Shown here piece by piece: positions 24,186 to 37,480 of a DNA stretch of 64,000 bases. Origin of the DNA: Lama glama (taxonomy: Eukaryota); assembly GCA_028534125.1 (NCBI GenBank), contig CM052817.1, positions 1,428,001-1,492,000 of the forward strand. Reading direction: 5' to 3'. A program made the position numbers and the translations under genes. Within the stretch, counting starts at the first letter, position 1, and each line of letters begins with the position of its first letter. The notes below the pieces were generated by a model. That model made no database searches and was not told the DNA's origin. It saw nothing but the letters and a program-made list of their open reading frames with translations.

Positions 24186-24960
24186 TTAATAGACTATTTT
24201 TTTGAAGCAGTTTTAGGCTCACAGAAAAATTCAGCAGGAAATACAGAAAGTTCTCACAGATCCTCACACATGTACAACCTCCCACAAAGTCAGTATCCCA
24301 ATGTGGTGTCCGTTTGTCACAGTCAGTGAACCTGCACTGACATGTCATCATCACCCAGTCCAGAGTTTCCGTCAGGGTCCACTCTTGGTGTTGTACATTC
24401 TGTGGGGTTAGACAAATTTATAATGACATATATCCATCGTTATAGTATCTTACAGAGTCCTTTCACTGCCCTAAACATCCTTTGTATTCTTCCTGTGCAC
24501 ACTCCCTCCCCTCTTATCCTTGGCAACCACTGATTTTTAAACTGTCCACAGTGTTTTGCCTTTTCCAGAATAGGAAATCATACAGGAATCATACAGCCTT
24601 TTCAGATGGGGTTCTTTCCCTTAGGAATATACATGAAAGGTTCCTCCGTGTCTTCTCATGCTTTGATAGCTCATCTCTTTTTAGTGCTGAATAGTATTCC
24701 ACTGTCTGGAGGTACCACAATGTATTTATCCATCACCTTCTGAAGGGCATCTTGGCAGGATCTGGTGCCCAAGCAGAAGGCTTCCCCCCATTGAGGAGGC
24801 CCACGTAGGGGGAGATGCCTAGTGGCACAGGTGCAGGCAGATGTCTGGGAGCCTGTGGAAACACAGTGCCAAGCTGTTTTCCAGAAAGCTTGTTGGCCCT
24901 GCATGCCCCCCTCAGCAGTATGTAGTACGCCTGTCTTCCTTCCTTCTCTCAGCACCAAGT
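24186..24960 (-). mobile_element. L1MC-type 3' end
   Basis: gcagttttaggctcacagaaaaattcagcagg...tgttgtacattctgtggg; a related copy lies at 41205-41740. Confidence 0.75.
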
Positions 24961-26867
24961 GTTGTTGTAGTCTTTAAATGTTTGCAGAGTGTCCCCCTTA
25001 GGAGACCCAGGGAGACTACATGCTTTGACAGGCGCCTGCTCCTCTGGCCAGGATCCCCTGATGAGGCGTGCGCAGCCCCGCCACCTCATCCTGCCGCCCA
25101 TGTGTGCCTGCTTCCGTGGCTCTTTGTCAGCTCTGCTCCGCCTTCCCCAGGCTTGATGCCTGCATCTTCTCTCCTTCCTGTCCAGCTCCTGCCCAGAGGC
25201 ACCCTCCCTGTTCCTCACACTCTTACCCCTCCCATGGCCCCAACTCATCTCCCAGTCTTGTGAATGTCTTGGGCCATACCACTTTTAGTAACAACCTCGG
25301 AGACTGATGGAGCGTTGCCATCTCTATGTTGTGGGAAGTAGGGGACCTGCAGAAGGCCAGCACCATCTGTGGCCGATGGTGTTCTAGGCCCCTGGTTAGC
25401 CCTGGCTTGCTTGTCCTTGGGCCAGCCACCTCTCTGTGCTGAGTGAGTGGTGGTGATGGTGGCGGGAGGGGGTGGATGCAGGGGACCACCCCGGCCTCGC
25501 TGCTTGTGTCAGCAGGGCCATGTTGATGACTGGGGCTCACCCACCATGTGAATGGCTGCCTTTGGAATTACTTCAGGTCATTCAGTCTTCAAATGTGGCT
25601 TTCACATTCAGGTCTCTGACTAAAATCTTTTCCCAGCCTCTGATCTATTGACGTTTTTCCCCCCTTCCCCCTGGGTATTGCTGTAAAGACTGTTAACATC
25701 CTGTATAAAATGACTGGTTACTGTGATTTTCAGGTGCCTTTAGGTTTATGAGGGATGCAGACTGAAGTCTGAGAAGGTAGCAGTTCTCTGATTCCAGCTT
25801 TTTACTGCGATCGATTGGTTGTATTTTAAAGACTGGTGAAGAGGAATGTAAGAAATACATATTTCCAGGGCCGCCAGTCTTTCAACTGTCTGACTTGCTG
25901 CTGTTAATAAGTTCAAGTTCTATTTCTCTTTCGCCACGTGGATGGAGCTTGACCGCAGAAACCTGAAATCTCTTGTAATACGTAAGTGGGTGGGTGGCCG
26001 TGCTGGCAGGTGACGGAGCAGTGATACTGAACTTGCCCTGGTGTCTGGACTTGTGCTGAGGCTTCCTTAGACGTTGACCTTCTTCCAGATAAGTAGCATC
26101 AAAACATACAGTAATTACATTGTTTATTGGACTTAAACACAACTGCATTTGTTTGGGGAAACCATGCTAATAACCTTTTTACATGTGTAAAACCTTTTTA
26201 CATAACCATAATTCTGGCAGACAGCAAAAACCACTATGCCTTCATTAATGCACAAAGCCACCCATTTACTTCTGTAGAACCACTGGTGGTTAATGACTGG
26301 GCAAATTCAGGAGGTTAACCTGCAGCAGTAAGAAAAAATGGTTGCAATTTTCTCTAGGCTTTCTCTGTTTTTTTAAATATGTAAACTAAAATGAAAAATC
26401 CTAAAGAAAACTCATTTTCACATTAGCTATAGAAAGGATACTATAATAATATAAGACAGAATCAACAATTAGTGTTTATTGAATTTTACTGAATTTCCAG
26501 GGGACAGCTTTGAAATCTGTAAATTACTAAATGTGTGCTCTGTAAGGCTGCATAAATTATATATTACAAAGCATTAAATACGTAAGGTAATTTTGCATTT
26601 AGCTGATGATACGATTCTGTTGTCAAGTTTTTGGTAACCAATTAGAAGGGAACTTAAATATGAATGTTAGTAATTATTTCTCAAGCAGTGCCACTTGCTC
26701 ATGGAGCTTGCATGTGCTGTGGGAAGGCCAAGCTCAGGAAAGCGGCAGAAAGGGATGACCACACATTCCTGGACTTCAGCACAGGTCGCTGGTAAAAGAC
26801 AGTGTGTAAAATAAGGAAGGACAGTTGTAGTTAGAGGAGACAGAATGTGAGTTACTGATTTGAACTA

Positions 26868-27440
26868 GTCATTTCAGTTCCTTCAGTGAGTATTTACTAG
26901 ATACCTGCTGTATGCTGGGTGCTTTTTGGAACTCGATGTGAAAGCGTAAGAGAATGTAAGCACAGAGGTTTACAGGAGTTGAGTAATTAGCCACATGGCA
27001 GCTTGTATTGGCTGAGGGGTAGGGAGTGTGCTGGAGGGGGGCAGAATTCAAGGAAAAGAATGATGCCACCGTGGGGTTTGGGAGGACGCCGAGCAGTTGC
27101 CTGGGGAGGAGTGGGGTGGTGCTTCAGGGTGGGAAGTGGCATGTACTGCAGCCCACGGCTGAATGGGACAGGGGTGGAGAATTGGAAGGAGTTTTAACCG
27201 GGTAACAACGCGAAGACTAAGTGACTAAGGGCCTTCTATGTCATGCTCGATCCTTTCAGGCAGGGGGAGCTTTTGAAGGGTTCAAAGCAGAGGAAGGTTC
27301 CACTCACATGTGTAGTTTGACAGATCTTCCTGACAGGAGGTAGAAGATACGCAGAAAGCAGACAGACCTGCAGGCTGGGGACCAGTCAGGAGGGGATAAT
27401 TGTGTAGTGTCCTGGGTGGGAGATGGTTGGTTTCGTGTGC
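26868..27440 (-). mobile_element. L2 fragment
   Basis: gagtatttactagatacctgctgtatgctgggtgc...ttgaagggttcaaagcagagg motifs typical of antisense L2. Confidence 0.5.
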
Positions 27441-29101
27441 TGTGTACATGAGAACCCTGGCTTTCAGCCTTCACTGGGCTGTATGATCTGAGATGTGCCA
27501 CTGTCACCTGAGAAGCTGTTGCTTTTAGTGGTTTTAATGCCCGGAATGCCACGTGTTCTTTTTGTCTGTAAGAAGTTTCCCTGTGAAGTCTTTCAATAGT
27601 AAGTCTGAGTTTTTCGTGTTGAATTTGGAATTTCTGTTTAGAGATTACTTCATGAACTGGAGTACAGGCTTAGTAAGAAAATGAGGACTGTGATTTGTTG
27701 TCTTTGGTTACACACAAATGCTGGCCTCAAGTGACAGCTTCTACCTGAGAGGGGAAACCCGTTCACTCAGAAGAGGCTAAAGTAGTTCACCCCGTAGGTG
27801 TGGGACTCGGTCGCTGGCGGTATTTTCAAGTACCTGCGGCAACATTGCCGTCCTAGGAATACGCACATACTCCTGTGGAAATTGCTCTTGGTTACTGTGG
27901 TCCCTCACATTTGTGTGTGTATGTGTATATGTATACTTATATATGTATGTTTCATATATTAATATAGATATACTGTATCTACCTGTGTGTGTGTAGGATT
28001 TGGAGGACAACACTTGTTTAGTTATGTTCATTCTGGTACTTTTTAGAGTTGGTACTATAATCAGCGTAGTTGGATTTGATTTCTCCTCCTCCCTTAAACA
28101 CCCAAGGGAAGGACAGAACACCCCAGGTTTCCAGCGTTGGATAACAGTCGGCACAGGGCAGTGATCCCTGAGGGAAAAAAAACGAGGCGAGCCCTAGGAC
28201 TGGCCAGACTTTCTGCCTGGAGAGAGCCTGCAGGCCATGGCTCGTCGGGGAAGGAGGAGCGGCCCGAACAGCCTGGTGGTTTCCTTGAGGTGAGGAGACC
28301 AGGCAGTGAGTCTGCAGGGCAGGGAGCCACGGAAGAGAGAGCCCTGCAAAGAGGAAAACAGGGCGCTGGAGAAACACACATTCCCCTCAGGCCTTCCCCT
28401 GGGTGCTGATGAGCGCGTGCATGTGTAGAAACTCTGAGCCCGAGGGAAGAACCCTGGGTGTGAGTGGTGGAGCAATCCTTGGAGCTCATGCAGGGTCCCA
28501 GACAGCTGGTGTTCCCACCAGCCAGTGTGTGCTCAGGATGGTATTGCCTCGGCGGTGGGCAAGGCTAGAGGTGCTCTGATCCTGCCTCCCAAAGCTTACA
28601 AGCAAGCCTTCAGAAAACCAGACCCTGCCCAGATGACCTAACCGTGGCCCACAACAAAGCCCAGAAATATCTGAAGGAATAAAACAGTACCTAGCACCTG
28701 ACTCTGTTACCTAGCCACACACGACCAGGCATGCCACGGAAGAAGCCAGAAAGTGCAGTCCACCCTGAGGAGCAAAATCAGTGTGCAGAAACAGACTCAA
28801 AAGTAACACGTGCAGTAGAGTTATTAGGAACACTAACAGTTACGGCTGTGTCCTGTGTGCTGAGAGGGACAGAGGAGGGCACGAGTGTACTAGGAAGAAG
28901 CACAGGCTGTAAGAAAACCCAAATGAGCATCTAGAGTTGCAGACTACAGTCTGAGGTGACAAATGTATTATATGAAGATTAGCAACAGATTTGGCATTGA
29001 AGAAGAAAAGATTAGTGAACTTGAAAAGGTAACAATAGAAACTGTCGAAGAACCATGAAAGAGATGAAGCCTGAACTTTTAAAAAAGAGAACAGAGCATC
29101 A

Positions 29102-29286
29102 TGTAGAAAACAAACTTATGATTATCAACAGGGAAAGAAGGGTGGAGGGATAAATTAGGAGTTTGGGATTTACAGGTACAAGCTACTATATATAAAATAG
29201 ATAAACAAGTTCTTACTGTACAGCACAGGAAGCTATATTCCGTACCTTGGAATAACTTATAATGAAAAGGAATACAAAAAGGAACT

Positions 29287-29329
<43 letters not shown>

Positions 29330-29400
29330 GAACTGAATCACTGTGCTGTACACCAGAAACTAACAAAACATTGTGAATAACTGTACTTCAGTAATAATAA
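29102..29400 (+). mobile_element. 5'-truncated younger L1 3'UTR nested in the old L1
   Basis: TSD agaacagagcatca at 29088-29101 and 29401-29414; gaatcactgtgctgtacaccagaaactaac terminus. Confidence 0.85.
29291..29324. repeat. (TA)17 microsatellite
   Basis: Perfect TA run inside the L1 3'UTR. Confidence 0.95.
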
Positions 29401-32400
29401 AGAACAGAGCATCAGTGAGTTGTGAAACGACTTCAAACAGCATACTACATGGTATGTATAATTGGAGTCACTGAAGGGAAGAGTGGGGATGGGGGAGAAA
29501 ATGCATATATGAATATGTGTATTTATATTTTTTTTTTGAAAGAATAATGGATGAAAAATGTTCAAATTTGGTGAAAACTATATACCCACAAGTTTAAGAA
29601 GTTCCGTGAGCCTCAGGCACAAGAAAGATGAAGAGAACTACACCAAGCCACGCCATGGCTATGTTGCTGGACACAGTGATTAAAAGAAGACTTAAATACA
29701 GTTTGGAGAAAAAAGAGACCTTATACATTGAACCATAGGGCTAATAGCAGGCTTCTCGTGGGAGACAGTGCAAGCCAGAAGATAAAGACAGCTTTAAAGT
29801 GGTGACAGGGACGAAACATAACTTAGAATACTAAACCAGCAAGAATACCTTCAGAAGTGCAGATGAGATCAAGACTTCAGACATAAAAAGCTGAACAAGT
29901 GCTTGGTGAGGGGATCTTCATCGCAAGAAATGTTAAAGGAAGCCCTCAGGCAAAAGAAAAACGACACAAGGTGGAAATCTGAATCTAGACAAACGAAGGA
30001 AGAGCACTGGAAGTTGTGAAGATATAGGTCTCTGTCTAAGAATTACTTTAGAATATAATTGTCTGCTAAGGCAAAAGTGGCAGTGAATTACGAGGCCGTT
30101 ACGTAGCTGTAAAGGGTATGGCATGCAGAAGGTCCAGGAGAGGGGAAGCGTAAGATTCTTAAGGTTTGTGGTGCAGTCTTACTTGATGGCTCCCTGCAAC
30201 AAGGTGAGATGTACACTGTACACACCGAAGCAACCGCTGCAAAGAGAAGAGAGTCCACAAGCCAACAAAGGAGGGGACATAGGAATCATAAAAAATTACT
30301 CAATTTTTTACCGCTACAAAAGGAAGAAAAAGGGGACAAAAAACAAATGTATCACTAGAAACTAGAGACTAAGATGGTGGGTGTTAACAAGCCCAGCCAT
30401 GCCAGCAGTCATGCTTAACGTAAATGGTCTAAATGTCCCAATTTAAAGAGGTTGTGAGACTGGGGAAAAGAGCAAAACCCACCTGTGTGCCTTCTGCAGG
30501 TAACTCACTTCAAATGCAGAAGTTCCAGTAGGCTAAAAGTGAAGTCACAGAGAAAGACACGCACAGCTTACGTGGAGAGAAAGGGGAAGTGGCTGTATCA
30601 GTATCAGACAAATCAGTACCAGCGCGGAGAACCTTACCAGGGTAAAGAAAGTCGTGTCCTGCTGATACCGGGGTCAGTTCATGAAGAGGGCGTAACAGTC
30701 CTAAACATTTCTGCACCTGGTAACAAAGCTTCACAGTATGTGGAGGAAGAATTGCTAGAACATCAAGGGAAAATAGGCAAATCCGTAATTATGATTGGAA
30801 ATTTCACTACCTCTCTCAATAATTGATAGAAAAGTGAGTGGAAAGTCGTTACATGACACCACCAGCCAGCGTGACCTTACAGATATTTACAGAACGCTCT
30901 ACCCAGTGACATCAGCATATGGGCATGTTCCTGTAAGCAGAGTGAGCGTTCACTGCAGTAGCCCTTAACTCTGGGCCATAGCAAACTACTGATAAATTAG
31001 GAAGAATTAATGTTGTACAAAGTACCCTCTCTGACTACAGCGGAACTATATTTTTTAAAAATCAGTAACAGAAAGATATTTAGAAAACTACAAGTATTTG
31101 GGAACTAAAACCACACTTTAAACAACCTGTGAGTCAAAGAAATCAAGAGGGAAATTAGAAAGTATTTTGAACTGAATGAGAATGAAAATGCAACGCATCA
31201 AACTCTGTAAAGTGCAGCCAAAGCAGTGCTAAACAGAGAAATTTACAGCATTAACTACCTCTTCAAGCAAGGTCAAGGGCTCAATTACCTATGCTTCCAC
31301 CTTAAAGTAGAACATCAGAGAGCCAGTTATGCCTAGAGCAACCCAAAGAAAGGAAATAGCATAAAAGCAAAAGTCAACAAAACAAAAATTTTTTAAATAT
31401 GGAAAATCCATGACACCAAATGCTGGTTGTTATAAGAACAATAAAATTGATGAACCAGGCCAAAAATTTGAGTAGATACCACCCTAAGGCTGCGAAAAGA
31501 TAATTAACACATTATTAGGGAAGCCACATTGAGACAGCACTACACACTTATCACAGTGGCTTCAGCTAAAGCAGTGCAGCCATTGATGGGTTGGCTGGAA
31601 GTCCTCAGCACTGCTCTTTGGGAGAAGTTTGGCGATTTCGTAAAAGCTAGACGTGCACCTACCAGACAACCCAGTCATTCTACTTCTTGGTATTTGTGTA
31701 AGCGAAACGAAAGCACGTGTCCACAGCAAGACGTGTACATGAGTATTAATAGCAGCTAAAACTCTTGTTTGTAACAGCGAAAAACTGGAAGTAACCTGAA
31801 TGTTTCCAGACAGGAGAATGGATGAGCAAGTTGCGGCTTGCCCACCCTGGGGAGTACTACTCAGTGATAAAAAAGGAACAAACTCATTGTACACACATAG
31901 GAATCATCTCCAGATATGACACTCGGTGAAAGAAACCAGACAAGAGAGAGTTGTGTTGTGCGGTGCTGTTAACACACAACTCTAGAAGCAGCACAGTAAT
32001 TTGCAGAGACAGAGCTCAGTCCGGTGTGGCCTGGGAGCGGGTAGGGTTGGGAGAGGAAGTGAGGAGAAGGGGCACAGAGGGGCGCAAGGACACTTGGGGG
32101 TTGGCGTGGTGCTCATCGTCCTGATGGTCACGTGGTTCCACAGGGTTTGTCTGCCTCAGAGCTGTTCCAGGCGCATACTTGAGATCTTTTCCCCTTACTG
32201 CTCCTCAGTTATACTTGAGTGCAGCTCTGAAGTGTTTTTAAGAGAACTAGTGGAATTTGTATTTGTACCTCACACTTAATTGCAGGAGAGTGACCATGTG
32301 GTCATTTGAATTTTAGTCGAGTGTTGTTGAGTGAGCATGTGTATGCAGCACCTGTTAACTTGCTGTGTCTGAAAGAGGTTCGCACAGTAGTCTCACCTCC

Positions 32401-33379
32401 TAGGGAGGGCTGGCCGCACTCTTGAGCGCACTGGCCTTCCTTTAGGACACTGTCCACCCTCTCTATGGGCCATCTCGTCCCGCTCTGTGGCTGTACATAA
32501 CCTGTATGTGTGGTGATCCCACATTCTGTGGCCAATTGCACCTTACTCCCCAAGTATTTTATTCGCACAAAAGCTCAAAACAACCCCCCATGCTGTGTAG
32601 GTGGGTAACATGCACTTCACTCGTACAACACTCAGAGCAAACCTTTGGTTCTTGCCTCTGCCCCAGCCCGGCCTGTGTCCAGTGTCTCTGCTGGTGGCAC
32701 GTCCACTGCGTGGGCAGCTAGGCCCACCCAGTCACACCCTGGGTCCAGCACGCAGTCCTGTGAGTCTGATGGCTCTGCTTTCTGCAGCTCACCTGTGCCC
32801 GGCACTGCCTGGAAAAGTCTGGAACATCCTCACTTACACTGTTACCCTCCCAGAGTTCATTTTTCACACAACAGTTGGAAAATCTTCAGCCTCGTTGTCG
32901 GCACACAGCCTGGGTGACCGGCCCCGACAGCCTTCCTGCTGCGGCCGCTCCAGCTCCGGCCTCTGTCCTACCCCAGGCCGCCTGCGCACTGGCCGTCTTT
33001 CCTTGTTTCTCCTGAGCACTCGATCCTCGCTGAAGCGTGTCCTCCTCGCCCCACTGCGCAGCCTTGGCAGCCTCACCGCCTCGCAGAGGAGGAGTGCTTC
33101 CTGCCGCAGCGGCTCCGTCTGTGCTCGCTGCTCTGCTGCCGTCCTTGCTGCCTTCTGATGGCAGGAGGCCTTGTGGGCAGCGGCTTTCCAGGATTGATGG
33201 CAGAGGTCTCCCCGCCGCGGGGTGGCTCCCGCACTCAGCCTGGGCTCTGTGGAGCCTTCCCTGCACCTCCTCTCCCGCCCTGGTGGCTGGTGCCATGGCA
33301 GAGCTCTGCCTTCACAGCGGCCCTCGCTGCCACCTCACTCTGAGGGCGCAGGGAGCGTCAGCCCGCTCTCCTTACCCCT

Positions 33380-33800
33380 TCCTTCCCCGCACACACCCCG
33401 CACCCTGTCAGCCATGCCTGGCTCCCCGTCCCTTTCCTCCGCCGTCTCCTGCTAGGCTTCTGCCCCAGGGCCCTTGTGCTTGCTCTCAGGAACGCCCGTA
33501 TCCGCAGCCCTGCACTTCAGATGTCTCAGGAAGGCCCCTGACGGTCACGGTGAAGAAAGAGCCCCGTCCCCGGCCGCAGACACCTGAAGTCTTGCTCTGT
33601 GTTTTTCCGTGTCTCAGTTACCACTGTCGAGTGTTATGTGTTTTTTACCTTGTCTTTGTCCTTGACGAGGATATTAGCTCTCTGAGGTCAGGGATCTTTG
33701 TTTTGTTCACCACTGTGTCTTCAGTGTCTGGACCTGTACACTGGTGGGCTCCCGGTAAACACTGGATGGATAGACAGATGGGCAGACATATGAATGGATG
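33380..33800 (+). mobile_element. L2 3' end
   Basis: agctctctgaggtcagggatctttgttttgttcaccactgtgtc...taaacactggatggatagacagatgg. Confidence 0.65.
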
Positions 33801-35424
33801 CTGACCCAAGGAGCTTTGTAACCTTAGAGCCCTCCCCTCCTGTCCTGGGTCGCAAAGGAGGCCTGGAGAGGTCTGACGGCTGTGGCTGTTGGTCGGCGAT
33901 GGCCATCTTGAATCTGTTGGGACAGAGAAACACCTACTCCGGGGGGCAGGAGGACTCAGTTCTCTTCTGCTGCGCCCCGTTCAGTCAGCTGCTGAGCTGG
34001 GTTTGGGTCTCTGCAGGGGACCCTGTGGATGTGACAGGTGTAAGCAGTTTTGATCACTGGTTTATTAAGAATATACACGCCTGTCTTTTGCATCTTAGTG
34101 GTGCTGTCTTCATTCTTTTAATCACGCATTTGTTCATTTATTCATTTGTTCGTTCATCCCCCTTGTTGCCACCTGATACCTCGTCATTCCGGGCTCTGCA
34201 GACAGAGCCGGGGCCACTTGCGAGCACTCTGTCGGCTGTGGCACCAGTCGTGCATGTGCATCCATGTAGTCCAGGGAATAGGCAGAGCCCGGGCCTGCGT
34301 GAGCCTCAGTGCAGGATGAGCCTCAGAGCCCAGGGCTGAGGGCAGAGCTGGGCTGCTGGCTGTGGAGGGCTGAGGGGGCTCTGGGCGGCGTTCCAGCCAG
34401 GAGAGCGTTGGCCTGTGTTCTGGTCCAGCTTCCCACCTGATGTGTACGAGGTGGGGGCGCTCCAGGTGGTGGGGGAGGTGGGTCATGGCAGCTCGATCCC
34501 GTATATGCTCTGACTTGAAACCTTGCCAGGGTTGTGCTGCCTCTGGAAGGCTGTGCCTGGCTTCCCTGTCACATGTCGCCCAGGTGTGCCTTTCTTGAAC
34601 CTCTCTTGAGGATTTGCAGGATGGTTCCTCTGAGGTGCAGACGACCCCTCTTGGGCTCCTGCTGATTCGAATTTAAATCTCGGCCCCTGCTTGTGGCCCT
34701 TGTAACTTCAGGCCTGTTTTAAATGTGGGAGCTGTCGGTGCATTTTTGAAGCTAATCTTACTGTTCTGGCAGGGCGGCTGATGAGTTTTGAGAGAGGATG
34801 TAGGGTGACAGTCTTGCCTCTTCCTCCTACCTCTGAGGCGCCCACCCCACCCTCACCCTGCAGGTTAGGACCCATTTGAAAAAGTGGACCCAAGTTGTAG
34901 CTGGAGTTGAATTTAGCTACACGGGGGCCGGTCTTGGCTCTGCGGCTGCTGTCAGTCTCCTGGATGTTCATCTTGACTCTGGGAACGTGGACAGCTCACC
35001 TCGGAGGTGCACTTAAGCCAGAATTGCCAACTCAGGCCGTAGTGCTCATGTGCCGCCGTCTCTAGAATAGTGGCTTTGAACTTTGTTGACGGTGAAAAAA
35101 AAACAAAAACAAAGAAGGTCCGGATACTTTCTCAGTCTGAGAACTGAGGCGGACACTTTCCAGCGGGAGGAAGTACTACAGAAGTCTGGGCGAAGGGGTC
35201 ACTTGGACGACTTTTCGACTCCTACTCGGATGGTTTCTGCAGCATTACTCATGTATTACGAGTTTCTAGACCACCAGGTATGGTTTTATTCAACAGATGC
35301 CCCCTTTGATGCTTTTCTGTATAAACACCTGTGTGCGCTATAATTTTAGAACTATATGTAATGTTTTTTGATGATTCTGACTTTGTGGATCATGTTTTGA
35401 AAATGATTTTTTTTTCTGTTCCAG

Positions 35425-35670
35425 ACTCCTTTTAATTTTGGCATGAATCATAGAACACCACCCTACCCTGCTGGGGACTATTGTCTTCTGTGCAGAAGCG
35501 AACGGAAAGACTCTGCCTTCTCGGAGAGTGGGCTCAAGGCTGCGAGCAAATTGGCCCTTTCCATGGCTCCCAAGGGCAACAGCGTGCTGCACCTGCCGCT
35601 GTGGGTGTGCCCGGACTGCCGGCGGACTGTGGAGAGGGAGGAGCGGCACAGCAGCCTGGACCAGCCAGCG
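35425..35670 (+). CDS. FAM193A: FAM193A coding exon (246 nt, phase 0/0): TPFNFGMNHRTPPYPAGDYCLLC...VCPDCRRTVE...LDQPA
   Basis: Acceptor ttttttctgttccag|, donor |gtgagt; open frame continuous with the downstream exons. Confidence 0.9.
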
Positions 35671-36904
35671 GTGAGTGGGTTGCGGGACTCGCCTGGCAGT
35701 GAGACAGTTAGCTTGAGTCTGCTTTCTGGAAGGAACTCCCTCCTGCACCATCTTCTGTTCCTTTGCTCCGCCTGCTGGGGCCTGCCCTCCTTGGTGAGCA
35801 AGCTTCGGGGGCCCAAAGGGTAGGTTTTGGCTTTTTTAGTCTGGTCTCAGGATTTCTTTGTGGATGTAGTTTGTTGAAAAGCTAGGAGGCTTTTCATGTG
35901 TTGTGCTGTAGGCAGTTCTGTGTGCTGGTAACTCACTCGTAATTCTTTCTCAGATGCCGTTCTCACGCCCAGGTCAGCCCTTTTCCTCCTGATTTCTTGC
36001 CGCAGCTGAATTAAGCTGTCTTGAGACCAGCAGGCTTACATGGGAAGACCACACGCTTCATCTGGTCTTTGGCCCAGACTGTGTCTTAGTCAGCCCTAGT
36101 TCTGAAAGGGCTTTCAAACCTGCTGTTTGGGTTCTAGAAGGAGTTGACTTTTGCAGCCATCTGAGGCCCCACAGTCTAGGGCTTTTCTGTTCCTTCCATT
36201 TCTGCTTGCACGCAGCTGGCTGTTTCCTGAGCTGTTGTCTTTCTCTGAACACCTGGCCACGCGCGGCCGCTGCCAGCAGCCTCCACCTCCACACTCTCTC
36301 TCCTGACCTGGAGCTGTGGCAGTGTGCTGCTCCTCGGCATGAGTCTCCTCGCCTTCCTGGGTCTCAGCTGTCTCCTTGCTGCCTGCCGCTAAGCCAGTGG
36401 CTTCTGTTTTAGGCTTCCCTTGAAGGCAGCACCCCAGCTCACGTGCCAGTTTGTGTAGTAGTGCCTTTATTAAAGCTCTGAACCTCAGAACCTCGTTGTT
36501 CCTCAGCACAGAAGACGACTTCTCACGCAGCCTCTTTCCCTGTGCCTCCCTCTCCTGCTCTGTCCCCTCTCCAGCACTTCTTTTTGCTGCTCTGTGTGTT
36601 TTACTTACTCACTTTGTCTTTTTACTTCAGTGAAATACACACTCCAGGAGGGCAGCCATTTTTGTGTTTTCTTACCGAGAACAGCGCTTAGCCTGGTATA
36701 TTTTAGGTACTCCAAACATGTGAACGAATAAATGAATGAATGAGTGAACAAAGAGATGGATAGATTTGGAATCCCCTCATCAGGGACTACGCAGGTGTGT
36801 GTCGATTCAGTCTTCTCACCCTCAGGTCCTTGTGCTCTTACCATTTTGTTATTCTGCTTTGGTTTCCTTTCTATGTCCACTTGAAGTATTTAGTCTTTTT
36901 TCCG

Positions 36905-37480
36905 TTTTTTAAAATATAGTTCTCTGTGCTATACAGCAAAACCTTGTTGTTTATCCATTTTGTATATAACAGTTAGTATTTGTAAATCCCGAACTCCCAG
37001 TTTATCCCTCCCCATCCCATTCCCCCTCTGGTAACCATAAGATTGTTTTCTGTGTCTGAGCCTGTTCCTCTTCTGTCAGTAAGTTCATTTGTGTCATTTT
37101 TTTAGATTCTGCATGTAAGTGATACCATATGATGTTTGTCTTTCTGTGTCTGATTTCACTTAGTATGATCATCTCTAGGTCCATCCATGTTGTTGCAGAT
37201 GGCATCGTTTCATTCTTTTTTATAGCTGAGTAATATTCTGGGGGGGGTGTCTATCTGTCTGTCTGTTCTTTATCCAGTCGTCTGTTGATGGACATTTAGG
37301 TTGTTTCCAAGTCTTGGCTGTTGTAAATAGTGCTGCTGTGAACATTGGGGTGCACGCATCTTTCCAAATTAATAGTTTCCTCCAGATATGTGCCCAAGAG
37401 TGGGATTGCTGGCTTATGGGGTAAGTCTGTGTTCAGTTTTTTAAGGAGTCTCCATACTGTTTTTCATAGTGGCTGCACCT
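36905..37480 (-). mobile_element. 5'-truncated L1 3' end
   Basis: Minus ORF MPSATTWMDLEMIILSEI (ORF2 C-terminus); similar to 11150-11930. Confidence 0.85.

Larger units (their letters stand above)
28100..32240 (+). mobile_element. Ancient sense-oriented L1 (ORF1, ORF2 endonuclease, internal deletion, 3' end)
   Basis: ORF1 motifs (gaagaagaaaagattagtgaacttgaa), EN peptide CLLQVTHFK...GSVHEEGVTVLNISAPGNKASQYV...IGNFTTSL, then a jump at about 31470 to ORF2 C-terminal and 3'UTR sequence. Confidence 0.75.

Noticed and set aside
25734..25847. Possible poison exon (attttcag|...aat|gtaaga) with an early TGA
   Set aside because: Weak polypyrimidine tract and weak exonic donor context; indistinguishable from chance without RNA data.
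32601..33804. Long ORFs of 185 and 255 aa
   Set aside because: They overlap GC-rich L2-derived sequence, have Pro/Ala/Ser/Arg-biased composition, and show no recognisable domain or splice structure.
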